Shown piece after piece: positions 38,436 to 50,900 of a stretch of 64,000 bases of DNA. Under the pieces are notes generated by a model. It had not been told where the DNA came from. It did not search any database and worked only from the letters and a program-made list of their open reading frames with translations. Source of the DNA: Tubulanus polymorphus (Eukaryota > Animalia > Nemertea); the NCBI RefSeq assembly GCF_964204645.1, contig NC_134031.1, forward strand, positions 8,556,001 to 8,620,000. The letters run 5' to 3'. The position numbers were made by a program, and so were the translations under genes. The stretch's first letter is position 1, and each line of letters opens with the position of its first letter.

Positions 38436-39889
38436 ATATAGCTGCCAAGCAGCGATGACGGGTTTTCTGCAAAGCCATTCAGAAAGATCGGAATTGTAGT
38501 AAATTGAAATATCGATACATAGAATAAAATGCATTGACAGATTCGAACCTAATATGCTACCACTGTGTAAACGTCAAATATGATTCAGCTTTGAAACCGA
38601 ACATACGCGGACGTACAATCAACAAATATTAATCTATTTGACCAGGTATTTATTTTGGCATTCAAACATCATGATACTGTATTATCACCATGCTTAAAAA
38701 TGGATCTGTCCTATTAAGAACTCATCTCGCACCTGCTGAGTCGATAGATTGAGTGAATTTACAGATAAGAACGTATTATGATTTAGAATAGATTGAAGAA
38801 GTTAATGTTTTTATTGAAATATTTGAATAAATACATGTACATATATTGTAGTGTAGATTCAATCAATAAATTATGAATTGATCTGGTCTGGGTTTCCGGC
38901 TGATGTTGATTTTGGCTTTTATGGATTACAAATTCTATAGTGATAAACAATTGATACCTGCAACATGTGTGTAAATCAAACCTATTCCACTAGTTGCGTG
39001 TTTCCTAATAAACGGGAGAGTCACTTTTGTTCTGAGTTATTAGAAAAATAATGTTCATTTAGTTATAGAAATTCATTGCCTTTTTTAAAATTCTGTAATA
39101 ATATTTGTTCTTTCCTATTATTGTATGAACCAATGATATGCTTTGTAAATATGATGTAATAAAATAAATTTGAATTAAATTTGAAAATGAGAATCAGGCA
39201 TAACTTGTGTTTTTTTAACTTGTCTTTTGTTAACAGTTCCAGAGTTTCAATTACAATAATATTCAAATTGGCTAAAAAAGTACATGGGACTAATTGAAAT
39301 GAACCGTTTAGTTACTGCAAACCTATTCCAGCGTTATGTCGATCGTGTTGAATCACTTTGCTTGAGTTGAAAGAATCAGATCTTCTATGGTGCAACATCG
39401 GTCGAAGAGAGATATCTTGGTGTTGACTGTCCATCCAACTTCATGCGTTTGACATTGGAATCAGCATCATACTCATTTGAACTGCAAAATATTCATACAA
39501 CATGAAAAACCTACAGTACATGTATACAGTAATCAAAATTTCACCGATGTTGGATATTTGAATGAACGTTAGGCTTATTTCAGTATTCTAAAGCAGGAAA
39601 TAATAAGCCCAATCAATAGGCCCTATTCCCATTGGAACAATTGTATAATGCAAACAGCTGTACCGTACACTTATCAGTCAAGAATGGAAAAATCGGTATA
39701 CCAAACCTACGAACAGCAAAATGTACAGGCCTACAATGATTTCTGGTATACAAGCCGTGACCATATGAACGTTTTGGATCTAGGTTTGACTATTAATGTC
39801 AGCAGGCCAGAGAAGGCCTGGCCAAATTTAATCACATGGCTCAAATCAATTGGCCTTTCTGCGTGTGAATACTTCACTGTATTGTTTTA

Positions 39890-40752
39890 ACTAGGGGTCC
39901 AGGGACACCATGTCCACTTGGGAAGTGGTTCCGAATGCTCAACAATCTAACAATTTCAATATTCAACGCCCCCTGGTGACCATATTCAAAACCCACTGAC
40001 CTTCAAAACTCACCACAATCATAGAACATGTCACGAACTATAACTTTGTAATTGATCATGGTAACAAAATATGCCTAGGTACCAATATAATAAGGAAATA
40101 CTAAGTTATTCTACTATTCAACGCCCCCTGGTGACCATATAGAATAACTATTGGCCTTAAAAATTGCCACAATCATAGATCATGTCATGAGCTACAACTT
40201 TGCAATTGATTGTGGTTACAAAATATGCATTGATACGAATATAATATAGAAATACTAAGATATTGCATTATTCAACGCCCCCTGGTGGCCATATACAAAA
40301 TCCAATGACCTTCAAACTCACCACAATCATAAACCATGTCATGTGCTACAACTTTCCAATTGATTGTGGTAAGAAAATATGCTTAAATATCAACAATATA
40401 ATGTGGAAAAACTTTTCCCACCTACGAATGAGTGCTTATGACACCAAGATGGCTACCAATTGCGTCATAATTGGCTGATCAAAAATACCTGTCTCAGGTA
40501 TAACACATCCCTTTTCAAAGAATAACCATCACAAATTGCAATGAGAAATGGCGAACCAGTAGGGAGCTACAGCACTCCGAATTCGGGCCAAAATTGACAT
40601 TTTTGGGCACTAAAAAGGTCATAGGACGGTCATCTTGAGTCCGATCGACCCAATTTTTGTTATGCTGATGGGCCCTGGGGGGATTCACATACATCCAAAA
40701 GATCAAGGTAATTGATCAAAGCGTCTTCAAAATTTCCCTCAAAAAGTTCAAC
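39890..40752 (-). mobile_element. HINE family A copy
   Basis: Reverse complement of the family A 3' end, repeats and core. Confidence 0.7.
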
Positions 40753-41650
40753 AAGAAAATTAATTTTAGAAAATTATTTGACGCCTGGGAAAAAAATGTA
40801 GAATTTCTGAGCTAAGCTAATGTGGATTGCAAATTTGAAATCGAAGTTTTAAGAAATTTGGGAAGTGATGAGATTTGGCGATTGGGTAGATGATACAGGT
40901 CTTCGACTCTAGTAGTGGTTTAAATTTTTTTATTGAAAATTCTCAATAATTGATCGCGAACTTGCGACCGACTTCATTTACTTATGCCTCTAAGCTGGTC
41001 TGCAACTTCATTGCCTCCATGGATGAGGAAAGAGCTCTTCTGATGTCTGCTTCATCATGACTTCGAGCATATCGTGTGGCCTAGCCAGCCGGCCCGGTCC
41101 CCGGCCACGGGTTTGGCTGTCACTCGATATCCTAGAGTCTTGAGTCTGGGTGGGTTGAAGTAGACATTGTCATCTAAAATAACATGCTTATGTTGTTCTG
41201 TATGAATTACCCGTGTGTCATGTATGTTGTAATAATTTATTTTAAAATTTGTATTTATTGAATTTGGGAATTTTATCCCGGAATATCAATGTAATAAGGA
41301 TCAATAAAGAATTGAATTGAATTGTCACCTTATACACATGCCATCAGAGGACATGGAGCCGTATATGACAGCTATGCTATTATAAATTGCTAATCTCACG
41401 AAACTTGCATACTCCTAATATCAAACATATTTTCTAAAACGTTTGAATATTGAAATTATATGTTTACACATTTTCATATTGACCGCTTGTAGCCGCTGAT
41501 GAAATTCACGCCGGCCCTACACACATCGTAGATAGCTTCGTCATTCCACCGGCATGCCCACGTCAGGGTCTGACTTTTATATCAGACTTCCGCATCGTGT
41601 ATACATCCGCCATTTAACCGAATAATCCGATTTACTTATCATTTCTATTT

Positions 41651-43318
41651 ATGCCTGCCGCTTCTGATATAATCATACATCCTTTACTATTACAGGACAA
41701 TTCCCAGTTGTCGTTAGATGGAAATTTTTATATGGATCAGGGATCCAATTTTGAGGACATCTGGAGGGACAATTCCCAGTTGTCGGCTACTTACGAGCAT
41801 ATAAAAAGACACAGGAGGGTTACGTTTAGCGATCCGGTTAAATTGCAGGAGGTACGTGCTGATATGGCGTGCTCGGGTGACAATATTAGTATTGATACGT
41901 CACACCCTAGAGGGGTTAATGGTCCGACGGATTCGGCAGAAGATGACCTTTTTAGAGATAGGAAGTATCATTTAGATTGTCACGAAGGCGCTTTTGATCA
42001 GTATAGGTACCCAGCAACCTCCGAATCAGCAATACAATGTGATCTTGTGTCATCAGGTTCAAGTAGTAGTAATAATTCACGATCGGAATGTCTTAATGAT
42101 CAGAGTAATATGGAAACTATTTTGTCAAAGATATCTAGTCAGGAGTCAATGTCGGAGAATTTGTGTCACTCGTTTGAAAGAGGACAGAACTTTCCTGTCA
42201 CCTCAAATGCCAGCAGTTTTCACCATCCGGTTGGGAATGGAATGTCCCATGAACAGGATAGAGGTCAAGTTGTTCTCACGTCTAAACCGAATATGCCAAT
42301 CAACGAAAATGTTGGGATAGGAGATTCGAACTCCGATTGTCAACCAACTGTTCACTGTCAGGAACAACTTCCACCTGTTACGATGACTTTAGGTAACACG
42401 TCAACCAACGACATAGGGTCCTTTTCCAGTCGGAACAACACTATTGGACAGGAGGCTTATTCCCCGTCAATCATGGCAACTGCCGCCAACCGAGTGACTG
42501 GTAGTCATTCAGGGACACCGTTAAACATTTTGATTGATACGGGTGCCGAAATTTCTGTACTGTCAAACAATTACTTCATCAATCATCCTCAGATATCGAA
42601 TGGCCCTTTGCAGGAGGGACAATTTCAGTCCGCCCGTGGGGTAGATGGTACTAAGTTTTATTTAAAAGGTGTTATTTCCGTAGATTTTGTATTAGGAAAT
42701 TTGGACGTGTCACATTCTATGTACTTGGTGGATGGAGTCACCTCGGACTTCATTCTCGGAGTTGATTTCCTGGAACGAAACCAGGCAGTTATTGATTATG
42801 CTAAAAAGGCTCTCTTGTTGCCAGGCGCCGACATAATTTACTTTAGTAATGATGTCATCTTGGGGAAATCTTCGTCGGTTAAAGTCACGCGTATGACTGT
42901 TATTCCCCCTTCATGCGATGTCACCGTAGACCGTAAGTGGTTAATTGACAAGTTTCATTCATCGATTGCAGCCTTTGAGCCTGTACATTATTTGAGAATG
43001 CGTGATCTCATGAGCGCAAGGTCAGTTGTTAGCGTCATGCCATCAAGGCATAGGCTTCGGGTCACGAACCCTGCGTCACGACACGTCACCCTCTCTGAAG
43101 ATACGTGTCGTAGTGATTCGTGGGCAGATGGGTGGTCACTTGACCGATCACTCAAAACAGAGGGGAAGTCAGGACAGCTTCCTCGGCCACCGAAGGTGTC
43201 TATCACACATGTGGAAGACCCTCAGACGTCAGACGAAATTTGTAAGTATAATCGAATTATTTGGAGTTTGGATCAAGATGCATACGTCCTATTGAAAATT
43301 ATGAATTGTATACGGTAA
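41651..43318 (+). CDS. Gypsy/Ty3-type retropepsin (aspartic protease)-containing ORF
   Basis: 555-aa ORF with ILIDTGAEISVL and DFILGVDFLERNQAVIDY motifs; no RT or integrase follows. Confidence 0.75.
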   Translation: MPAASDIIIHPLLLQDNSQLSLDGNFYMDQGSNFEDIWRDNSQLSATYEHIKRHRRVTFSDPVKLQEVRADMACSGDNISIDTSHPRGVNGPTDSAEDDLFRDRKYHLDCHEGAFDQYRYPATSESAIQCDLVSSGSSSSNNSRSECLNDQSNMETILSKISSQESMSENLCHSFERGQNFPVTSNASSFHHPVGNGMSHEQDRGQVVLTSKPNMPINENVGIGDSNSDCQPTVHCQEQLPPVTMTLGNTSTNDIGSFSSRNNTIGQEAYSPSIMATAANRVTGSHSGTPLNILIDTGAEISVLSNNYFINHPQISNGPLQEGQFQSARGVDGTKFYLKGVISVDFVLGNLDVSHSMYLVDGVTSDFILGVDFLERNQAVIDYAKKALLLPGADIIYFSNDVILGKSSSVKVTRMTVIPPSCDVTVDRKWLIDKFHSSIAAFEPVHYLRMRDLMSARSVVSVMPSRHRLRVTNPASRHVTLSEDTCRSDSWADGWSLDRSLKTEGKSGQLPRPPKVSITHVEDPQTSDEICKYNRIIWSLDQDAYVLLKIMNCIR

Positions 43319-44685
43319 GCGCCTCTTCAGTAAGTTATCGAAATATAATTACATAAGTGTTGTGAAACTGAAGTATATATAACGCATTGTTGCCAATGAG
43401 TTAACTCCTGATCTGGGTTTAATCTAATATAGGAGATAAAGACAACCATAAATAAAAGTGAATAATAGCTTGATTGTCGTGATATTGGTTTTTTTTGCTG
43501 AAATATCACTAGTCTCTAGGGTTTATTATCTGTAGTCTGAATGGATGTCATTGATTGTCAGTTAGAAAAGAAAGAGTTATGAAATTTTTATATAATCTCT
43601 GTGTTTTTATTTGACTGTAAGGTACCCTTATCGGATGTGTGAAGATGAGACCGTCGGGATATGACAGCACTACGATGGAAGAATGTCTTCTTCTGTCAAC
43701 CGCAATAGATGTTGACGGGTACCCCCCTGATAGTGACCATATGGAGATGGGGACTTGTTGGGAGGTATCCTGAAACTCTATTCGACGCAACTGATAGTAT
43801 GATAAACCAGCAACTGGTATGCTCTGGTCGAGATGAGTGATATTAATTTGCCGATTCGTCAAATAACGAAGAAACGGAGCGAATATACGACATACAACAG
43901 CGAACTTTGGGCGTTGGTTTTAACGGGATGGATTCATGCTCGATGTTAGTCATGCGATTATGGCCATGGTTAGCGGTGCTTGTCACTCTCGAAGACTTGC
44001 TATATACTCACAAACTTAAGTGATGAAGGGTGGACAAAGACACCTGGCCAACGCGATACGAAAGAAGCAGAAAAAATGAGAAATTCCGTAGACATTTTAG
44101 CGGGATGAAGTCGAGTGTGTTCAAGATGGCTCCCGTGTATTCACATATACGTTCAATGGAATGTTGTTCGCGCAAGCAGTATGATGCAAATACATTACTG
44201 TCCTTTTCTATATTAACTGTGGAGAAAAGACTCCGATATAGTAACCGTAGTACTATAGCGTATATGAATAGCGAGCAAGTATCAGCTGAACATGAATGCG
44301 TTTTGCCGTGCTATCGACGAAGCAGTACGCGCTGCGAGGAACTGCGGTGGATGACGTCATTCGTCCGTCCATGACGTACCTTGTTGTGGCTGGTAGCTAT
44401 TGCGTCACTTAGCGGTGAATTTCAAACTCAAACTGTGAACTGTGTTTTGAGCTTGACTTTTTCATTGTGTGCGGAGACAGCGGTCTAAATGTACTTTTTC
44501 CGATTGGGTATCGCGAACTTTAATACGCGTTGTTGTGATTGAACTTAAAACATTTACTCGTATAGCATGAATTGTGTTATTTATTGATGTTCTTTTTCAG
44601 GATCCGTCTAGGGAGGTTTCAGCGTGATTTATATGAGTTAGCCTAAATTCAAAATTTCGGGACGAAATTTAAGCTGGATGGGGAG

Positions 44686-45954
44686 TGATGATCCGCAGCA
44701 AGATTTCGTAGTAGCTAAAAAATGTTTGTAATGTTGATTTCCTGAATGCGTTGGTGGTTATTAATGGTTTCAGACAACAAACGTAGTAAGATGTAGTAAG
44801 CAGGTTGTTGTTTGATGCTTTGATCTATCAGCGCTGACCATAAATCAGCCTGGTGTAAAATAATTCTTTCTCGGTTCTTCTGCTGCGTTATCTGGCAAAC
44901 ATTCAGAAATCTTTTTATAAACTTAAGAATAGACGGAACCGTATTTGGTCGGAACAATGGGTTGCATTAGTTATGCGGCTGGTGAAAGAATCACGCTGTT
45001 ACTTCATGATACTCCCGACTACTTTCTATGAAAAGAAAAACGAAAGTATGGGGAGATATTGTTGTTTTGCTTTATCCCGTATTGTAATCAAATTTATTTA
45101 GTATAACAGTATAGAATGATTTTAAGAGAGATAGGGGATCATAATGAAGTTCCGAATCACAAGTATTTATAAGGATTCAAAAAGAAATAATCAGTGGTAC
45201 CGTAATCTGAGACAAATACTATAGTTTCAAAAATATATTTAATTTGAATATCCTAGATGTTAATTGAGAACAAAGTCTCTATAATCGCTAAAGTTTTAAG
45301 AAAATTAATTTGTGTTAAATGATAATACTAGCTCTCTAAAGTTTCTCTTGTTGTATACGTCTGTTGGTAACTCGCAGAGAATAGCTGTTCTCTCAACGAT
45401 GATAAGCAAAGAGTGAGTAAATCATTCCGCGTCATGACAGGAGGGTTGGAAGGAAAAAGTTAGTTCAGCAAATCAGTTTTGAAAATAATTTTAGATCAGC
45501 GAATCATTAAGGCTTAATTCTATATGACCAAAACAGTCATGACAGTAAGGTTGCTGCTCCTTGCCAAAAGTCGGGTGGGAGAGTCGGTATTTTAAGAATG
45601 CCGATTATTTCTATAAAAGGTACCCGCATCTTGAGAGACACTCGGTAGACACTCAGGAGTCACTCGGGAGACACTCGTAGATACTTGTTAAAAGCTGGTC
45701 TGGGACTTGATTCAGGACGGGTTACCAACAGGAGAGTGCAATAGGAATTTAGAGCTAGGATTTGGATTGTGTTGAACTGGAGAACTGTGTTTGAATATTA
45801 AGGTAAATAAATTCATCTTGTATTGTTATATCCATTCAAAATTTCCGGTATTCTAGTTTTACTTGGGTTTGTGCGCGGACACGTTCTCTCGCCAGGGACC
45901 GATTATTGATTTTATTAATTAACGACTAAGGAGAGGATTGTGATCGGCGTATCA
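44686..45954 (+). mobile_element. Putative 3' LTR of a Gypsy-type retrotransposon
   Basis: Preceded by AATTTCGGGACGAAATTT and a purine tract GGATGGGGAG; TGAT...ATCA ends; internal TATAAAAGG (~45612) and AATAAA (~45806); abuts HINE sequence. Confidence 0.55.
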
Positions 45955-46845
45955 ATATGCCTAGGCACGAATATAATAAGGAAATACTAAGTTATTCTAC
46001 TATTCAACGCCCCCTGGTGACCATATAGAAAAACTTATGTCCTTAAAACTCGCAACAATCATAGATGATATCATGAGCTACAACTTTCCAATTGATTGTG
46101 GTTACAAAATATGCATAGGTACGAATATAATAAAGAAATGCTAAGATATTGTATTATTCAACGCCCCCTGGTGGCCATATACGAAATCCAATTACCTTGA
46201 AACTCACCAGAATCATAGAACACGTTATGAGCTACAACTTTCTAATGGAGTGTGGTAGCAAAATACGCTTAGGTATCAATATAATGTGGAAAAACCTTTT
46301 CCCACTTACGAATGAGTACTGGTGACACCAAGATGGCCGCCAGTTGCGTCATAATTGGCTGATGAAAAATACCTGTCTCAGGTATTAAACATCCCTTTCC
46401 AAAGAATACCCATCACAAATTGTAATGAGAAAGAATGGCAAACCAGTAGGAAGCTACAGGACTCAGAATTCGGGCAAAAATTAACATTTTTGGGCACTAA
46501 AAAGGTCATAGGACGGCCATCTTGAGTCCGACCGACCCAATTTTTGATATGCTGATGGGCCCTGGAGGGATTCACATATAACCGAAAAATCAAGGTAATT
46601 GATCAAAGCGTCTTCAAAATTTCCCTCAAAAAGTTCAAAAATGTGTAAAAAGTCTCGATTCTGACAGGATCGGTTTTTTGGCTGAAGATGTGTCCAGGGT
46701 AGATACATGTGTAACCCAAATATCAAGACGTTACCTCGAAGCGTCTTCAAAACTTCCCAAAATAACTGGATTCCGTCGACGGACGGACGACGGACGGAAA
46801 GTGAAAGCAATAGCCCGCTGGGACTAAAGTCCCAAGTGGGCTAAA
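45955..46845 (-). mobile_element. HINE family A 5' part
   Basis: Ends with reverse complement of TTTAGCCCACTTGGGACTTTAGTCCCAGCGGGCTA and (GACG)n. Confidence 0.7.
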
Positions 46846-46899
46846 CACGGGCGATCTGTTTATTCTAAAAAGAATAAAGATATATATATATATTAAGTG

Positions 46900-47830
46900 A
46901 TCCGAAGAAATGGAAAGACGATGATCGCATGGCAGACGTGAAGCATATTAAAGAAGCAAAGCATGAGAAAATTGAACACGCGTTGGTTTTGTGGTTTTCT
47001 CCTGTTCGTGCAAAAAATATCCCTGTAACACAGGACATATAACGGACAAAAGCCCAGGCCTTCGGGACTGAACTCGCTATCGGTGATTTTCAGTACTCGA
47101 TGGATTACACGATTCAAAAAGCGCTTCGGAATATCAAATAGGAAATTATCAGGGGAAAGTGCAGGTGTAGAAAAAACCCTGATAGAGGAGGGAATATTTA
47201 AAGCAAAGGCCCTATTGAAGGATTATGCACCTAAAGATGTCTTTAATATGGATAAAACCAGACTCTTTTATCAGATGTTACCGGACCGTTCCCTCATTAC
47301 GTCCGAATTTGTCAAAGGCACAAAAAGGCCAAAACACGCATTTCTTTGGCTGTGTGTGCCAATGCTGATGGCTCACAGAAGATGCGATTATTTCTTTGTA
47401 AAGTTCAAAGTTAATTTGTACTGCAATAACCATAGTAATGTTAAGGCTTGGATGACAAGCCTGTTGTTTAACGACTGGTTAGATGATTTCAATGCCACAA
47501 TGAAGCGTGTCGATCGAAAGGTGCTTCTACTACTGGACAATGCGCCTTCACACATCGTTCCAGAATACGAGGACGGGGAGCTCCGGCTTTCAAATATATG
47601 ATGATGATGATGATGATGACGCCAGTAATGCAGACTGCTCTGATCATTCAGTTACAACATCAGCTGAGGTTAGGGTGGCTATTCAGACCATATTATGTTA
47701 CATAGAAAATAATTAAAACGCAAACGAAGATGACGTCGTTTCTGTAAATGATCTGAGGGCAAGATTAGATTCCCTTGTTCTCCAGTCATCAAAACAAACA
47801 GCTATTACTGATTTCTTTAAAAATAACTGA
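46900..47830 (+). pseudogene. pogo/Tigger (CENP-B HTH + DDE_1) transposase remnant
   Basis: IEHALVLWF...NIPVT, WITRFKKRFGI, DVFNMDKTRLFY, KAWMTS, VLLLLDNAPSH, C-terminal KQTAITDFFK; stops, frameshifts and deletions. Confidence 0.85.
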
Positions 47831-47896
47831 AATATAGCCTACGTGAGCCTGTGGATTTTAATTCCCAGTGTTAGATTCTGATTTTTAATCGTTCTT

Positions 47897-47960
47897 AAGA
47901 ATTGGAAAAGTAGGCTTTCAGATCAGAGGACGAGACACCACTCGTCACCACAAGTAATTT
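47897..47960 (+). repeat. Left TIR of element 2
   Basis: Reverse complement of 62625-62697, apart from a short duplication on the right and terminal mismatches. Confidence 0.9.
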
Positions 47961-47973
47961 TTTTTCCTAATAA

Positions 47974-50900
47974 ATGGGGGAGAATGAACACCAGCCAGAA
48001 AACAATAATGTTAATAAAAATCAATATTATTGCACATATTGTAAAAAATACGTCGATACATCTAATAAAACACGACATGAAAAAACTGCAAATCATATAA
48101 AAAATGTAATAGATTTTGAAACTCCAGAAAATTCCAATGAAAGAAAAGAAAGATTAGAAAATATGAATGTGGATGAAATAAAATGTGAAGTTTGTAATGA
48201 ATTTATAGTAAAAAGGAATTATAATAGACATCTCGAATCACAAAAACACCATCAAAATTTGAGTAATAATGTTTTAGGAAAAGATTATTTTGATGATAAA
48301 CCTCAAAAAGTAAAAAAAACCAACTTCAAAAACTAAATCCATTTCAAATAAACCTTACATGGAAAATGTTAGAAATTATATTGATTCACTAGAACAAAAG
48401 ATACAATTGAAATTTTAGAAACATTACATAGTAAAATTGGTCCTGCAGCTATTATATTTAGATTTTTTAAAGGTACAACAATAGAAGATTATAGTACATT
48501 TAATGAAATACTAGAAAAAATACTAGATTTGATAACAGATGTTGAATATCCAAAAATTAGTATCTCTGGGAAAGTAAGTTTTATAAAGTCAGAAGAAAAA
48601 GTGAATTATAATATTCAAACACACTCTGAAGAAATAATTTCAAAAACACAAATAAAAGAGAAGTTAGAAAAAATATTTAATGAATTTAAACGTCATATTG
48701 AAGAAAGATATTTTGAGGGTTCTGGCTTAACATTGAATGAAATTATATATTTAGATTTAAATGTTTATAATACAAAAAGAAATAAAACATCAAAAAGTAA
48801 TAAAATGTTTAAAAATGATTCAAACTTTACAACAGAAAAGGATATTAAAGCATCATCTTATGTTAAATTACCATTTACAACAAAAGCAGTAATAAATATT
48901 CAAAATAAAGATAATAAATGTTTTCTATGGTCAATTATTAGTTGCTTACATCCAACACAGGAAAATGTTTGTAGAATAACAAATTACCGGAAATATGAAA
49001 CATTATATAAAATTTATCAATATCCAGTAACTATAAAAATGATTCCTAAAATAGAAAAAGTTGATAATTTAAAAATAAATGTATTTGAATTAATGCAATT
49101 ACCAAAGACAAAAGGTGAAAATATTAAAGATTATACATTGGAAGCTTTATATTTAACAGAATATTATGATGATGAAAATGCTATAGATTTGTTATATTAC
49201 AAAAAAGATGAAAATGAACATTATATGTGGTTAAAACAAATTGATTTATTCTTTAGAACAGAAAGTGATCACCATAATAAAATTTATCTATGTAGAAAAT
49301 GTTTATCTAAATTTATGACTGAGAATACATTATTAAAACATAAAGAATTATGTGATAATATAGATTTTTGTAATGCCAACAGAAAAAGATTATAAATTGA
49401 AATTTACTAATCATAAATTTAAGAATATTGTTCCATTTGTAATTTATGGGGATTTTGAATCGTTGAATAAAGAATTAACTGATCAAGATAGAAAAGAAAT
49501 ATATAACAAAAAGCAATTATTAAAATCAATGGATAAAGGAAATGAATTAAATGAAGACACAATACAAGACCAACCAATTATAAATACAATTAAAAAAGTT
49601 CATCAAAGAGCTGCTGCTTATGGAATTTATATAAAATCAAATTATCCTGAATTATATGAAAGTCAATATATTTCTATTAGAGGTGAAAATGTAGTTAATG
49701 ATTTTTGTGATAAAATGATTGAATTAGAAAGTGATTTTTCAAAATTATTAAACAAAAATAAAAGAATAGTTATGACAAAAGAAGATGAAATTGATTTTAA
49801 TTATGCAACTCATTGTTGTTATTGTGAAAAACGTTTTTATTCATTTGATAAAAAAGTTAGAGATCATGATCATTTAAATTCAAAATATCGTGGAGCTGCT
49901 CTTGAAGATTGTAATTTACAAGCTAAAAAAGTAAATTTCGTTCCAATATTATTTCATAATTTATCAGGCTATGATACCCATCTATTTATAAAACAATTAT
50001 CAAGGAAATTGGGCACAATTAATCAAGAAATAGAAGAATATAATGCTATGAATGGTGTAAATGTAAGAAAATATGATTTTAAACTATTAGCTAAAACATC
50101 TGAAAATTATGTTTCATTTCAATTTGGTTGCATTAGATTTCTAGATTCTTATAGATTTCTAGCAAGTTCATTAGATAATTTATCAAAAAGTTTAGTTGAT
50201 AATGATTTTCTAATAACTCGATATTATTATCCAAATGACCAAGATTTTAAATTATTGAGATATAAAGGTGCAATTCCTTATTCATTTTATAAAACACACA
50301 ATGATTTTAATGTAACAGAATTATTAAAAGATCAATTTTATGATCAATTTAAAGAGGAGTATGTGAAAGACGAAGTGTTTAATAGAACATTAAATGTTTG
50401 GAACCATTTTAAGATGAAAAATCATGGCGAATTAGTTGATTTATATCTAAAATCAGATGTCATGATATTGGCTGACATATTTGAAAAATTTAGAGAAGTT
50501 AATTTGAATCATTTTAATGTTGATCCTTGTTATTGCTACTCTAGTCCTGGTTTAACCTGGCAATGTGGTTTAAAATATACAAATGTAGAATTAGATTTAT
50601 TAAAAGAACCAGATATGGTTTTATTATTTGAAAAATCAATTAGCGGTGGAATTAGTGGTGTTATGGGAGATAGATATTTTAAAGCAAATGATGAATATAA
50701 ATTATTATATATTGACGCCAATAATTTATATGGCTGGGCAATGATGCAACCTCAACCATACAAAAATTTTATATTAACAGAAGTTGAAAATGATGATAAA
50801 ACTGATTGGGAAAGTGCAATTGCGAGTTTAAAAGATGAAGCACCAATTGGTTATTTCTTTGTAGTTGATTTAGAATATCCTGAAAATATAAAGTTTAAAA

